A DNA stretch of 64,000 nt from Psammoneis japonica (Eukaryota): positions 186,001-250,000 of the forward strand of contig QPGO01000117.1 in NCBI GenBank assembly GCA_008632985.1. Reading direction: 5' to 3'. The notes under the pieces are model-generated. The model was not told the DNA's origin, ran no database searches, and was given only the letters and a program-made list of their open reading frames with translations. The first letter of the stretch is position 1. Every line of letters starts with the position of its first letter. Below, piece after piece: positions 38,244 to 50,400 of the stretch. The position numbers and the translations under genes were made by a program.

Positions 38244-38436
38244 CCCTTGGCACGGGTCCTTTTTCAACAGCTGTGAGGCAGCAGGTGGTTGATCATGTGT
38301 ACAGCACAACAGCCACTCTAAAAAGGTGCTTTTTTATGGAAAAACGTGAAATTGTCTTCTGGCAAAAAAAAAAAGCAATCTCTCCAAATCTGATGATTCA
38401 TCAAGATCAACACCCTAGCTCTAGAGGTAATAGAAA

Positions 38437-41400
38437 ATGGCGTTGCTGTGGCGAACTTCAGCAGTTGTTCTTTCGCTCCTCTTTGCAGCAGTACAGGGAA
38501 AGTTTAGTGCTAAACAGGACGATAGTGTGCTCAACATTCATTTAGTCCCTCACACACATGACGATGTTGGATGGCTCAAGACGGTGGAACAGTATTTTTA
38601 CGGCCTCAACAGCACCGTCTCGCAAGCCTATGTCAGGTCCATTCTAGACACTGCTATTCAAGAATTAACAAAAAATCCCAACCGCACCTTTACCTATGTT
38701 GAAATGAAGTTCTTTTCAATGTGGTGGGAATTACAACCGGACTCCATAAAAAAAAAGGTTCGAGAGTTGGTGAAGAACGGGCAGTTTTCCTTTGCCAATG
38801 GGGGGTGGTGCATGCACGACGAAGCCACTACGCATTACATGGGGATGATTGATCAAACAACATTGGGTCATTCGTTTTTGAAAAAGGAATTAGGCGTTGT
38901 TCCTACAGTGGGTTGGCAGTTGGATCCCTTTGGGCATTCTGCAACACAAGCGTCTGTGCTTTCGGGTCTTGTTGGATTTGATGCATTGTATTTTGGTCGA
39001 ATCGACTACCAGGACCTGGAATTGAGGAAGAAGACACAGGAATGTGAAGGCTTGTGGTCTTCCTCGCCCAATTTGAAAGAAACGGTGTTTTGGGGTCTTA
39101 CCGGCAGCTTTAATGGGAACTATGGTCCGCCAAAAGGTTTTAATTTTGATATCCATAGCTCGGACACGGCACTTGTAGGATTAGGCCATGACCCTCTGAA
39201 GCATCGAATCAAGGATTTCTTAAAACAAGTAAAAATACAAAGCGACCGAACCAAGGATAACAACGTTATGCTGACCATGGGGGAGGACTTTCACTACGAA
39301 CGAGCTGACAAGAACTTCAACAACATGGACGCACTTATTGACGCGGTTCTGCAGTTCCAGGCATCTGGAGAGATTGACGTTGCCACCATGTTTGGACCGC
39401 GATTCAGCTCCATAAATATTTTTTACTCGAATCCTTCCTACTACACCAAGCAGAAATTTGAATGGACGATTCGACAGCGAGCTCTTGGTCATCAGGATGA
39501 TAACATAGCCGCTGTCAGTGCTGCGTCTCCTTGGTCCGTCAAACGTGACGACTTTTTCCCGTACGCTGATTGTCCGCATTGCTTTTGGACGGGATACTTC
39601 ACGTCACGTGCTGGTTTAAAACGTTTGGAACGAATGGCTTCGTCGTTTCTCCAAGCTGCTCGACAAATCGAGGCCATGCCAGATAGCAATGACTGCGATT
39701 GTTGTCGTCCCCTTGCGGAACTCGAAGATGCGATTAGCGTGCTGCAGCATCACGATGGTGTATCTGGAACGTCGAAACAACATGTTGCCAATGATTATGC
39801 CAAGAGGGTGCAATCGGGAATCGACATTGCGTCGAACTATGTGGGAAGCAAGTTGAAGAGATTGCTTGGCTTGAACGATTCCATTAGTGAGCCAAAATTT
39901 TGTCAGTTGTTGAACGAAACAACGTGTGGCGACTTTGAGGTGCGTAGGTTTGCACATTTGTCTTGGTCTATCATCATCGTCATTTTCTTCTTCGTTCTCA
40001 CTCAAAGCATCTTATTTCGCCACAACATTGCAGGTGGCAGAAGACGGCACACAACGGGATTTGATTGTTGTAGTGTACAACAGCCTCGCGTCATATCGCT
40101 CGGAAACCATAGGTATTCCAGTGCCAGTACAAGGCACATACATCGTTTCTTACGCTGTGGAAACGGGCGCTGAAGACCCAAGGTATATTCAAGTCACAGC
40201 GTCGCTAATCCGTAAGGATGATTCAGACTCCTCTGAAAAGCATGTCTTGTTCTTCAACACCGGGCCGATTGATCCAGTCGGAGCCAAGGCTTTCCGAATT
40301 CACTATATGGGTGGTGTCGACGACAAACACCAGTCAACGAATGCAGGCGGTATTCGCAACTCGCGTGTGACGGCAACAAAGAGACGTGGGGTCGATCATA
40401 ACTTTCTCTCCTCCTTTGACGACACATTCAGTGCAACCAATGGCATTCTTACTGTAAATTTTGACAGGTACGTTCTTTTTGAATTCATTGTAAACAATCG
40501 AAACAAAGTCTCACTTTTGATCATGTTTCTTCTAGATCCACTGGCGCTTTAAGAAACATCGGGTATGCTAACGATGGGTTTTACCTCAATGTTACCCAGG
40601 ATTGGGGATATTATACCGCCTTTGATCCAGCAAACGACAAAACAAATTCAACAGATACTCAGGCGTCAGGCGCCTATATTTTTCGACCCTCGACCCCCAA
40701 GCAGAAAATGAAGGTAATAAGTCCTCGTCGGAAGGGGGTGGAAGTATACAAAACAAAGGCTGTGACTGAGATTCATGTAAAATTTGCGCAACCTTGGATA
40801 AAGCAAGTGACTAGGCTTCTCCAGGGGCAAGACTATATCGAAGTCGAATACACAGTTGGACCCGTGCCAATCGATGACAATGTTGGAAAGGAAATCTCGT
40901 TGCGTTATTCTACGCCCATTCGAAGCAAAAAAATCTTTCACACAGATTCCAATGGAAGAGAGTTTTTGTTGAGGAAACGGAGTCATCGACCAACATGGGA
41001 GCTTAACGAGACTGAGTTTGTTGCAGGAAACTATTATCCTGTCAACGCAGCAACCTACATTGAGGACGAAGAAAGTTCCTTTTCCGTCGTGGTTGATCGG
41101 TCTCAGGGTGGGGCATCCTTGATTGACGGCACGATCGAGCTCATGGTGCAACGTCGTACTGTCGTTGATGACAACCGTGGAGTTGGCGAACCCATGAATG
41201 AGACTGACGGAGGTATCACGCCTTGTAGACCGTTCGGCAATGCTACTCGTGTCGGACAAGGAGTAGTAATCAAAGGGAAGCACCGAATTATGATTGGAAA
41301 GGGACGCAGCGGTGCAGCACAGGCACGCGCTCAGATGGACAAGGCGTTTGCCGAACCGATGGTGTTCATGTCGACTATACCTTCACAAGCACCTACTACT

Positions 41401-41838
41401 TTCTCCAGTTCGATATCCTTTTCGGCATTGCAATCAGCTCTTCCGAAGAATGTCATGCTTGTCACGTTCTCCCGCCTGCACGATGAGCCCAAGAAAACCT
41501 TCTTGGTGAGACTTGGCCATCAATACGGAAGTGGCGAAGATGCAGAAATGTCCAAACCCGTTGAAGTTGATATGAGCAATTTGTTTGCAAACTACACTGT
41601 TGTGTCCATAAGGGAGAAAACGCTATCAGGCAATCGCGATTATGCTGAATGGAAGCAGAATCGGTTGGCTTGGGTCGCGGCACGTGATAAACTTAGGGGA
41701 GAGTTGCATGGCCCATCAGGCAGCAAAGTCCTCACCATCCAGCTAAAGCCAATGGAGATTCGAACATACGAGGTGCGTGTAGACGAAGGAAGATATACCG
41801 GTAGCTATTCCGAGCATGTCGACGAAGTTGAAAAATAG
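38437..41838 (+). CDS. GH38 alpha-mannosidase, copy 2 (exons 38437-39939, 40034-40467, 40536-41838)
   Basis: Paralog of copy 1 at an offset of 14465 bp; same motifs; introns of 94 and 68 bp. Confidence 0.93.
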
Positions 41839-42119
41839 AGGAAGGAGAAAGCTGACGATTCAAAACAGTTTTAACTCGCTTTTAATGTCCGCATCTCCGA
41901 CCAGACGTCAATATGATTCTAGAGCCCAAAATCCATCCAAAATGCGGCTGCTATTGGTTACGACCGCGTTGGACCTCCTTGGTAAATTTGGGTAGCTTAC
42001 TTCTTCATAAATAAGTGAGTCACATAGAACGTCAAAGAGCAACAAATTCCCTTGTATGGAAAAGGTGACACCGAAGAAATCGTTCATGCTAGGGCCCTAG
42101 CTCGTTGCGGTGGGCACTC

Positions 42120-42332
42120 TCATCTTGGTCGTCACTACCTCCTTGAACTCGTCCAAGCTGACTCCATTTCCATCAGGATCAAAACTAGATACCAAGTTGG
42201 GGTGATCTCGTCATCAGTCAGATTCGTAGCCATTACACGTCGGACTGTCTCAACGTCAACGAAACTGTCTTCATTCTTGCCCAGCATTTTGAAAGCGACA
42301 CGGGATCTTGCTGTGTTACTAATTTCGTCCAA
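42120..42332 (-). pseudogene. Calmodulin-like EF-hand fragment with a frameshift
   Basis: AFKMLGKNEDSFVDVETVRRVMATNLTDDEI, then in another frame LVSSFDPDGNGVSLDEFKEVV. Confidence 0.45.
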
Positions 42333-42476
42333 CCATGTGTTGAAAATACCGGGAAAGAGCTCATCAAGACATATTGCAAAGGTTAAGGAAATACATGGTG
42401 TTACTGAAGTTAAAAAGTGGAAGACGGAACCAGCTGGCGTTTTTTGAGATGTCTATCGATGGACGAGATCATCTCG

Positions 42477-42566
42477 GCCCGACCGTCAATTCGACTTGAG
42501 TTTCGACCTGCGAGATCTAAGAGTCAGAATCTCACAGGTGTCATTATCAAAGGTATGGGGTCGGGC
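42477..42566 (-). promoter_or_regulatory. SECIS element in the 3' UTR of the selenoprotein gene
   Basis: Minus strand: GCCCGACC...AUGAC ACCUGUGAGAU [UCUGACUCUUAG] AUCUCGCAGGU CGAA...GGUCGGGC; AUGA/GA core, 11-bp upper helix, 8-bp basal helix, starting ~40 nt after the stop. Confidence 0.85.
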
Positions 42567-42603
42567 TCGAGAGTCTATCTATTTTTCATTGATCATTCAC
42601 AGT

Positions 42604-43565
42604 TTACTTCGACGAAGCTTCCGTTGCGATTCGGAGCACCTCTTTGATATCCGGCGTATCACCAGGTACCTTGTCATTCCACTGATAAAGCACTTCATCC
42701 CCGCTTACTACAAACGTACCACCAAGGCGTTTTACGCCCTCTGGAATTTCACTGGTGGCACCTTCCTCAATAGGAGAGAGCTCAATGGCATTGGAAAGGT
42801 ATTTCCACCAGGCGCCAATGCCGCCTAGCGCGGGTGCTGACAGTTTCACACTTTTCAACTCCTCCTTACTCGTATCAGTTAGCGAGCCAAATCCTACAGA
42901 CTTATAAGCACGAAACGTATAGTCGTCAACAAATACTTTATCACGAGGAACGTTGGGGTTCAGCTCCAAAAACTTGTTCAACTTCTTCTCGTCTCCAATA
43001 GACTGGGAGCAAGGAAAGGTGTAAGTCAACCACCCAATGATATCGCGAAACTTTCACATAAAACAGACTTACAATGAAGAGAGGACCAACTACACCAGCA
43101 TCATCCATTTCTTGCTGGAGCTCACACCAATCCTAGAACACCGGTATTCGAAAGAACGAAAAGATGAGATCAGAGAAGCTTCCGATCAAAGTATGACAAA
43201 TTTCCCTGGCATACCTTGGCGTAGCTCCAGCAGTAGGGTCAGGCTAGATGCCGAAGAAAAACAACAACCGAGGTTCCAGCCTTCATTTTATCGCCAAGGA
43301 CAATGGATTCACCATTGACATCCGTGAGAACCGCAGAACGAAGAATGCCACCAGATCCCTTTTGCGAAACCAAATCAGCACTTTCAAGGCCTTCTGGTGC
43401 GTCGCAAACCGACTCTGTCTCGGCCATGAGCCTGGAACTGTGTGATACATAGCGATGGCCTTTAATACTTTTGTTTGCAAGGCCTCGAGGGATAGGCTTG
43501 GGAGCAAATGCGAATGCTGCGTTTCTTCCGAAGACCAGTGATGAGAGCAGAAGCGAGAATCTCAT
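42604..43565 (-). CDS. AhpC/TSA-like (SelU/PRXL2 family) selenoprotein with UxxC motif, probably plastid-targeted, 269 aa (exons 43565-43215, 43132-43073, 43002-42604)
   Basis: FLRHLA-TGA-PYCWSYAK (TGA at 43241-43239) continues in frame to a GT donor; RLGGTFVV motif; presequence ...NAAFA|FAP; downstream SECIS. Confidence 0.88.
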
Positions 43566-43901
43566 CTTCACACCTAGTAGCCTACTGTCCCGCTTCTCTC
43601 ACAAAAGAATTTTTGAAAACAAAATTAAATATAAGCACCAGGTGTAAATGGTGAACGTGATGAGTTGCGGCGGTGCTAAATGCAAATTGTGGGCGACGCT
43701 AAACGCCATCGCCTCCGCTTTGGCGGAATCAGCGAAGAGCCGCAGAGCAAAAAGTGAGTGAGTCAGCGTCGTTCGTACGTTGTCCGTAGACCTCGCGGGT
43801 GCAGACTGTTGATCCCGTGACTGGGAGAGGTGCAAGTCAGAAGAGACGACAGAAGTCACTATTTATTCTCGGTAAGATCGCTTTTATTATCATGATCCTT
43901 T

Positions 43902-44906
43902 CTAACGCACTCCGCGAGTAAGATTTGAGGCATACGAAACCTTTTCTTTGGTGTCCTGCGCCAAAGCTTTTCCGTATCCAGATCGGTACTCGGTCGCCGC
44001 AGACGGATCCTTGGGCGCACTCGGTCGGGCCCATTCAAGCTTGAGGATTAAATGATCATATCCATATCCCTGCAGTTTTTCCATGGCTCGAGCTGCATCT
44101 TCTCGATGGACAAAACTTACAAAGGCAAATCCTCGAGAGATCATGGTTTCCTTATCCTTTGCGAGATAGACGCGTGAAATACGTCCAAAGGGCTGGAACA
44201 AGTCCTGTAAATCGGCTTCGGTTGTGTTTTCCGAAATGTTTGTGACTCGGATCGTATTCAAGTCGTCGCTGCGTCGTTCCGTACCTGGAGGGGCGGATCC
44301 TCCCTTACCCATAAGACCAGCTCGAGCCGCAGGTGGAACATACTTGCCGGGAGCTCCTGCAGCTCCAGAAGAGCCAACCTGCGTCCATCCATCACCACCC
44401 GAAGCACCACCACCCGAAGCCTGTCCACCAGGCGCATCTCCATCAACATCAACATCATACTTGCGCTGCAGTTGACGCTGTTGCTGCTTCTGCCAGAACG
44501 CGTTCAAGTTTCCAGCCAATGCAGCTGCGGGATCCTCGTCCTGCAAATCAGTATCTGCGTGCGGGTCCTCCAAGAAAATATCATCGCGAGACGTAATTGT
44601 GACATTGCTAGTGTCTTCTTCCTTAGCGGCTTGTCCAAATTTCTTCCACTTGCGACGCTTTTCCACATCACGGTGTTCACGGACGCTCCGAGTGGTAACC
44701 CGGACTTTTGTCACGGTCTTCATCAATTGACTCGGATTAGTCGGATGAGCACGATACGACGTAATAACCTGAATGCCTTTCGAGTCGACGCGAGACTTGT
44801 GCGTTGGAGGAATCTTGAGGGTCTCGTCCCTATGATCGCTCACCGGCATGCCGATATCATCATCGTCCGAATCATCCGCATCTCCCCATCGTGTTTTTGA
44901 CGCCAT
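43902..44906 (-). CDS. EIF3G: Eukaryotic translation initiation factor 3 subunit G
   Basis: MASKTRWGD, RRKWKKFG, GKYVPP, C-terminal RRM (TIRVTNISE...SRGFAFVSF...GYGYDHLILKLEWA). Confidence 0.95.
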   Translation of the reverse strand: MASKTRWGDADDSDDDDIGMPVSDHRDETLKIPPTHKSRVDSKGIQVITSYRAHPTNPSQLMKTVTKVRVTTRSVREHRDVEKRRKWKKFGQAAKEEDTSNVTITSRDDIFLEDPHADTDLQDEDPAAALAGNLNAFWQKQQQRQLQRKYDVDVDGDAPGGQASGGGASGGDGWTQVGSSGAAGAPGKYVPPAARAGLMGKGGSAPPGTERRSDDLNTIRVTNISENTTEADLQDLFQPFGRISRVYLAKDKETMISRGFAFVSFVHREDAARAMEKLQGYGYDHLILKLEWARPSAPKDPSAATEYRSGYGKALAQDTKEKVSYASNLTRGVR

Positions 44907-45227
44907 GGTGTACGTTTCAATCGACAACGCGATGCTCCTTTTTTTTCGTGTGGCTTCTTTTGCTGGTGATTTCGTGCGGTCAGACGTGCGGTCGACGCAA
45001 GACCTACACACTACTGAAAGCTACGTAGATTCTACATACGTGTTCTTCTAATGAGAATGTTCGTAACACTTTATAGATTTATCCGTACCTGATTACTACG
45101 GCCAGTTTACAGATATAATATTCTACGTATGCTTAGATATTTATTTTGCTCCGCCCCTGCGAGCTCACAGTTCTCCAGACTCCAGATCTCAGATCACAGA
45201 TCACAGAAAGCGTTTTGACCTTTGACC

Positions 45228-47234
45228 ATGAAGAAGAGCGCAAGAAAGGGAGGCGACGAAGAGAGGGAGGGTCACCAAAAAAAGTCCTTTGTGGCATCAT
45301 CACTGAGTGTGTTTTCCAGAAGAAAGGCCAAAAATAGAGGAGAGTCCAGTTCCAACGACAACGGTGCAAACTCACATGATGGAAATGATCGAGGCAACGA
45401 TGATGATGCGCAGAGGCAATCTTCTGTACTGCCCACCGATGCGACTCTGGTGTCCAGTACGAGTACGAGTGAGCGGCCATCGGTTGTGCCAGGGGCTGTG
45501 GCGATTCGAGGAACTGGTTTTCAGGAGGATGAGCAAAGTGCAAGCGGAGGAGATGATCATGCGTCGGACATCGCTTCATCACCAAATCAACAACGAGAAG
45601 AGCTTGTCAGTGCCTACGTTGTGAACGCATCGTCGGTTGCTTTGGTACAAGATGATTCCAGTTTTTCGAATGGCTCGACACGCTTATTTCATATCGACAA
45701 AAAGAGCGGCTGCTGCCTGAAGCACCCAGATGTTCAAGTAAAACGTAAAAAGCGTAAGGGGCCCTTGCGACGAACCTCGTGGGAATCACTCAAACCATTC
45801 TGCGAGCGATGCCAAGCAGAATGGGATTTAGATATGGAAGAGCGCCGACGAAGAATAGAAAAAGAAACAAATAGTAACAATAACGCCCACGATGCAAAAG
45901 ACGAGGTGGCCTACCAAGCCGTTTGCAAAGGACGAGAAAACGGTGATTCGGTCGCGATTGTGGCAGCCATGCATCAATGTCAGTGGTCTCCCCGTGTCCA
46001 GACCAAAGCTTGTAAAGCCCTCAAGGAATTGGCGACAAAAAAGAAACGTAATCCGACCATTACGGCATCGGTTGGCGGCGTGGACGCCGTCGTTGCCGCC
46101 ATGCGTGCATATCCCACCGACGAGGAACTCTTGATTCAAGCCGCCGCTGCCTTGCAGGCGTTGGCAAAACGAGACCAAAACAAGGTTGCAATCGTCACGT
46201 CGGGAGGTGTGGGAGCCCTATTGGCGGCCATGCGGACTCACATGCAGTCCAGTCGGCTGCAGAGGCATTGTTGTGGGGCGTTGGGAAACTTGGCACGCAA
46301 CGAACAAAACCAAGTCACCATTGTTTCCTCTGGAGGCGTCGGTGCAATCGTCTCGGCGATGCGCACGCATTTAGACGAGCCAAGAGTCTTGGAGGAAGCT
46401 TGTGGGGCGTTGGAGAATTTTGCCAGAAACGAAGAAAACAAAACGAGCATAGCCGAGGCCGGTGGCACTGCGTTAGTTTTGTCAGCCATGAGGGAACACC
46501 CGGATCACCGTTGGCTGCAGTTTCGTGCCTGTGGTGCACTCTCGTTGTTGGCACGGAAAAGCGATGAAAATAAGATTGCCATTATATCCACCGGTGGTAT
46601 CAAACTCATCACGGAGGCAATGACCAATCACCCCGAAGTAGTGTCTCTACAGGTTCAAGGGTGCGATGCGCTCATCACGCTCAGCTCTGCCATAAACGAC
46701 CGATACGACAAAGCAACTGCATCATATGGCACAATGGATGTAGTGATTGCTTCAATGGCCACCTTTCCGAAGAAACACAAAGTTCAAGAGCGAGCTTGTG
46801 TTGCGTTGGGCTCATTGTGTTGGACCGATCATATGAAAGCTGCCGTTAGAGATGCGGGTGGCATCGAGGCCATTACCAAAGCAATGAATAATCATCCAAA
46901 CAATCTCAAGGTACAGTGCGAAGCATGTCACACGCTTTTGCGCTTGGCATACGACGACAAAAACAAAATCGCCATTGCATCGGCGGGGGGTATCGATGCC
47001 GTTGAGTCTGCAATGTCTGCCCACGACAAGGCCGAATTGCGGGACCGAGCATGCCGATTACTTCGTGCACTGTCTTTGGAACCAATTAATCTCTCTAGAC
47101 TTGTTGAGCTACGTCCGGCACTTGAGGCTGCACGAGACAAAGTCTCTGACGACACGAGGAAGCAACTGGACGCCACGTTGAAGCGGCTCTCACAGTATTC
47201 AGAAACAAAATCAAATGAAGCTAGTTCCAAGTGA
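45228..47234 (+). CDS. Armadillo-repeat protein (~668 aa)
   Basis: Repeated ~42-aa units (GG..A+..AM..H......Q...C.AL..LA....NK..I); low-complexity N-terminus. Confidence 0.9.
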   Translation: MKKSARKGGDEEREGHQKKSFVASSLSVFSRRKAKNRGESSSNDNGANSHDGNDRGNDDDAQRQSSVLPTDATLVSSTSTSERPSVVPGAVAIRGTGFQEDEQSASGGDDHASDIASSPNQQREELVSAYVVNASSVALVQDDSSFSNGSTRLFHIDKKSGCCLKHPDVQVKRKKRKGPLRRTSWESLKPFCERCQAEWDLDMEERRRRIEKETNSNNNAHDAKDEVAYQAVCKGRENGDSVAIVAAMHQCQWSPRVQTKACKALKELATKKKRNPTITASVGGVDAVVAAMRAYPTDEELLIQAAAALQALAKRDQNKVAIVTSGGVGALLAAMRTHMQSSRLQRHCCGALGNLARNEQNQVTIVSSGGVGAIVSAMRTHLDEPRVLEEACGALENFARNEENKTSIAEAGGTALVLSAMREHPDHRWLQFRACGALSLLARKSDENKIAIISTGGIKLITEAMTNHPEVVSLQVQGCDALITLSSAINDRYDKATASYGTMDVVIASMATFPKKHKVQERACVALGSLCWTDHMKAAVRDAGGIEAITKAMNNHPNNLKVQCEACHTLLRLAYDDKNKIAIASAGGIDAVESAMSAHDKAELRDRACRLLRALSLEPINLSRLVELRPALEAARDKVSDDTRKQLDATLKRLSQYSETKSNEASSK

Positions 47235-47414
47235 TTGGGTGGAGTCCATGTCGATCAAGTTTAAGATTTGTCTCTCCCCCGCTAAAGTTTAGTCTGTTGT
47301 AGCTACTGTCGACAGTCAATGTGACTTGTCTGTGGTCGGGGAAGAACGAAAAGGAATAACTTGTCCAGGAGCAAAACAATTCTTACATGCTTAATCGCTA
47401 TTCGATCGGAAATT

Positions 47415-50400
47415 TTAAAGCACGTCACAATGGTCGCAGGTTTTGGGACACACTAGCGCAACGTCCAAGAATTGACAAAGATACCCGTACCGGACCATGT
47501 TCTCGCCAAGCCAGCCGCACTCGCGCATTCCGGCAACATTGTCCGCAAGGAACTCGTCCGTGGTGTCCTCGCATTCTTCTTCGTCGGGTGCACCACCAGG
47601 CGGCAACGTTGGCCCCGGCGGAAAGACTGGGATACGGGTAGGTGATGTGGTTGGGGGTTGAGGTGCTGGTGGATTCGTGGTACTTCCTGTTTCCTGTCCA
47701 CGATAGAATACAGTCTTCGAGTTACCTTCCAAAGCCAGGCAGCGATCTTCCTCGGAAAAGCCCGCCTCGATCATGCTCGGAATGGCTGCGATCATATACG
47801 GCAAGATACCACCTGGGAATTGATTCACGTCGGACCCGTAAATGACTCTATCGGACAATCCTGCATCGACTACCTTCTGTAAGTTCTCACGGGCAAGAGG
47901 GCGCTGGAATTCCCCATCTTCGTCTTTCCTGAGAAAAGCAGAAATTTCCAGGTACACGTTGGGGTATGCATTGGCAAGATAGATAGCTTCGTCCACCAAA
48001 GTCCCATTGTAGTTGGGGAGACCGTCATCTAAAGACCAAAGAAGGACAGAACAAAACGGTCAGCGGTGTCAAAGTCACACGTCAGGCGTAGCAAGTGACG
48101 ACGACAAACTTACCTTCGTCTTCGTCAAGAAAGTCGGACCCAATGTGCAAAAGAACAAACGAAACCTCTGGAAAATCTTGAATCAACGGCTCGAGAAAAA
48201 TTGGGTTGACGTACTCAGGCTCACAGCATCCACGTTTCCCGAGAATAATGTCCCCAAACGGGCCACAGAAGGGAGTTGTTCCTGAATGGATAGCAAGGGC
48301 TGGACTAGGACTGTCTGCAACCACTGCAACTACTTCACGAATAATGTCCCCATTCAAAGGAAGGCAAGTATGCGGAGGAGCCAACTTGGTGCCAACAAAC
48401 TCATCGCGCTGCAAAGCTGTCGAAAGGCGATTCAACTCGTCGTCTCGAGTCTCTTCCCAAACGCCTGTTGTATTCAAGGAAGCTAGACCTACAATCCTTC
48501 CGTCACTCTCAAGAGAAATTCGAGAGACGTCCTCATTGGGGTCTGTACCGAAGGGATTGGTCGGTCCATAAACAGAATACATGATACCGCGATTGACGCC
48601 GCTTCTGTCGAATTCGTCTACGAGAGGCCCGGCGGAAGAAAACCAGGTCGCGAGATGGAGATGAGCATCGATGATCTCGCCACACCGTTCGATTTCGCTG
48701 GTGATAAACGGTGGTAAGCTGGGACCAGAAGGTGGCCCGGAGCTGTCTCCGTGCCCAGGAACGAGAAAAGTAACTTCCTCACCCGAACCATACTCGCCGT
48801 TTCCCTTCACCAGGAGGTCGCTATCAGGAACTGATGGAGCATAAATGGCCCAAGATCCTGTGCCGTAGCTGCAACAAATTCCATCTCCATATGAATCAGT
48901 GATGGAGAACGTATATTCTCTACCCGGTGTGAGAGAAAACGTCTCTGCAATGTCACTTTCACCCGAAGAGTAAGTACCAGGGGGCACCTCCGCGACGATC
49001 TCGTCATTGTCTGTGGCTCGAATTGACCATCCGGTTTCCCCAGGGTACTGGTCAAAGACAATCTCCAGCAAGATATCCACAGTGGGCGCGTCCCGAGCCG
49101 GACATGAGAGGTTTATATCGGCGGGGCATTCAATTGGCTCATCACGGTCCCAGAACCAGCGTCCACCTTGCCGAAAACCAAACACGTGAATGTCTCTTGC
49201 TTCCTGAAGAGGTTCAGAAGTCGCAACGCATCAAAGATGAGAAAGGCTACGAAGCCGTCAAGCACACACTGATTCTTTCGCGATTACTTACAAACACTGG
49301 TATGTAAAGCTCAGCCAGTCCATCCGGACCGTCTCGGTCGAAGCGGATGGCTGGACCTCCAATAGTAGAGATTGTCAATCCGAACGGATCCGTCATGGGT
49401 GTTTGCGTGGTGCTCTCGCCATAAATGTCGTTGATGTCCAAGATGACATTAGAATCATACCGCCAGTCGATGCTCGTTGGTTCGAGTATCCAGACTTTTG
49501 CGGCTTCGTCCCCTCCGACTAAGATCCACGGCCGCTTTGTTGGGTCGCTTTCATCGCTCCTTCTAGGATAGAATGGTTGGGCGATACCTGGTGCCATACG
49601 GCTTCTCGTAGCATTTGGGAGCGATGGCTGCGGACGAATGTTGTCAAGAAGAATGTGGGTAATCCATTCATCATTGAAAATGTCGCCACTAGGGGGCTGT
49701 TCCAACGCAAAGACCCGCCCCGGAATATCACTCTCGAACTGACAGTTGTCGGACTCGTGGTTTGTGGCGAGAACTTCAGGGCGTCCGTCTCCGTTCAAGT
49801 CGACAATGTCGATTGTGAAGGGTGTGCCTTGGTCCGTTGAAATGTCCGCCACACGCAATGGTGGTGCTGCGTTGTTTAGAGCATCAACATCGGCCCAGGT
49901 TCCTCCTTCTGGAGCACCGTAAATCGCAATCTTCTTGCCTGAAAAGAAATGGGTGGCGACGATCTCTTCTTCCCCGTCTCCATCAAAATCGTGGCTAGCT
50001 AAGAACATGTCAGGTCCAAGAAAGCCAGCGCTTTGTCCACCAAAGATCACGGTCTCTTCCCATGGTGTATTAGGGTCGAGCAAGGAACCGGGATTCTTAA
50101 ACCAAACCAGCTCAGAGAAGGGAGGATAGACACTTGGCACCACCTTGAAGCCTGATCGCACCGTCACAATGTCATCGAGCCCATCCTTATCCATGTCCAT
50201 GAACAGTACAGTATGGTATGTTCGAGGGGAGTTGTTCGGATCCAAAGGGAAAGTGAAACCAGATGGTAGCTGGGTACTCTGGTGCACGATGTATTCCGTT
50301 TTAGCTGGGTCGTCCATGTTGATCACTGAAAAACGTCCCGGAAATGGAGAGGTGATAAAACCCTGTGGAACTGCCAGAGCTTCGAAGGGAAACATGCCAT

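Larger units (their letters stand above)
28134..38300 (-). mobile_element. ~10 kb heavily mutated DNA-transposon region containing a Plavaka-like transposase relic
   Basis: Block nearly lacks TpA and CpG; transposase fragments on the minus strand; termini and TSD not resolved. Confidence 0.6.

Noticed and set aside
43239..43241. Premature stop making the AhpC/TSA gene a pseudogene
   Set aside because: It sits at the redox Cys position, downstream exons are intact and a SECIS is present.
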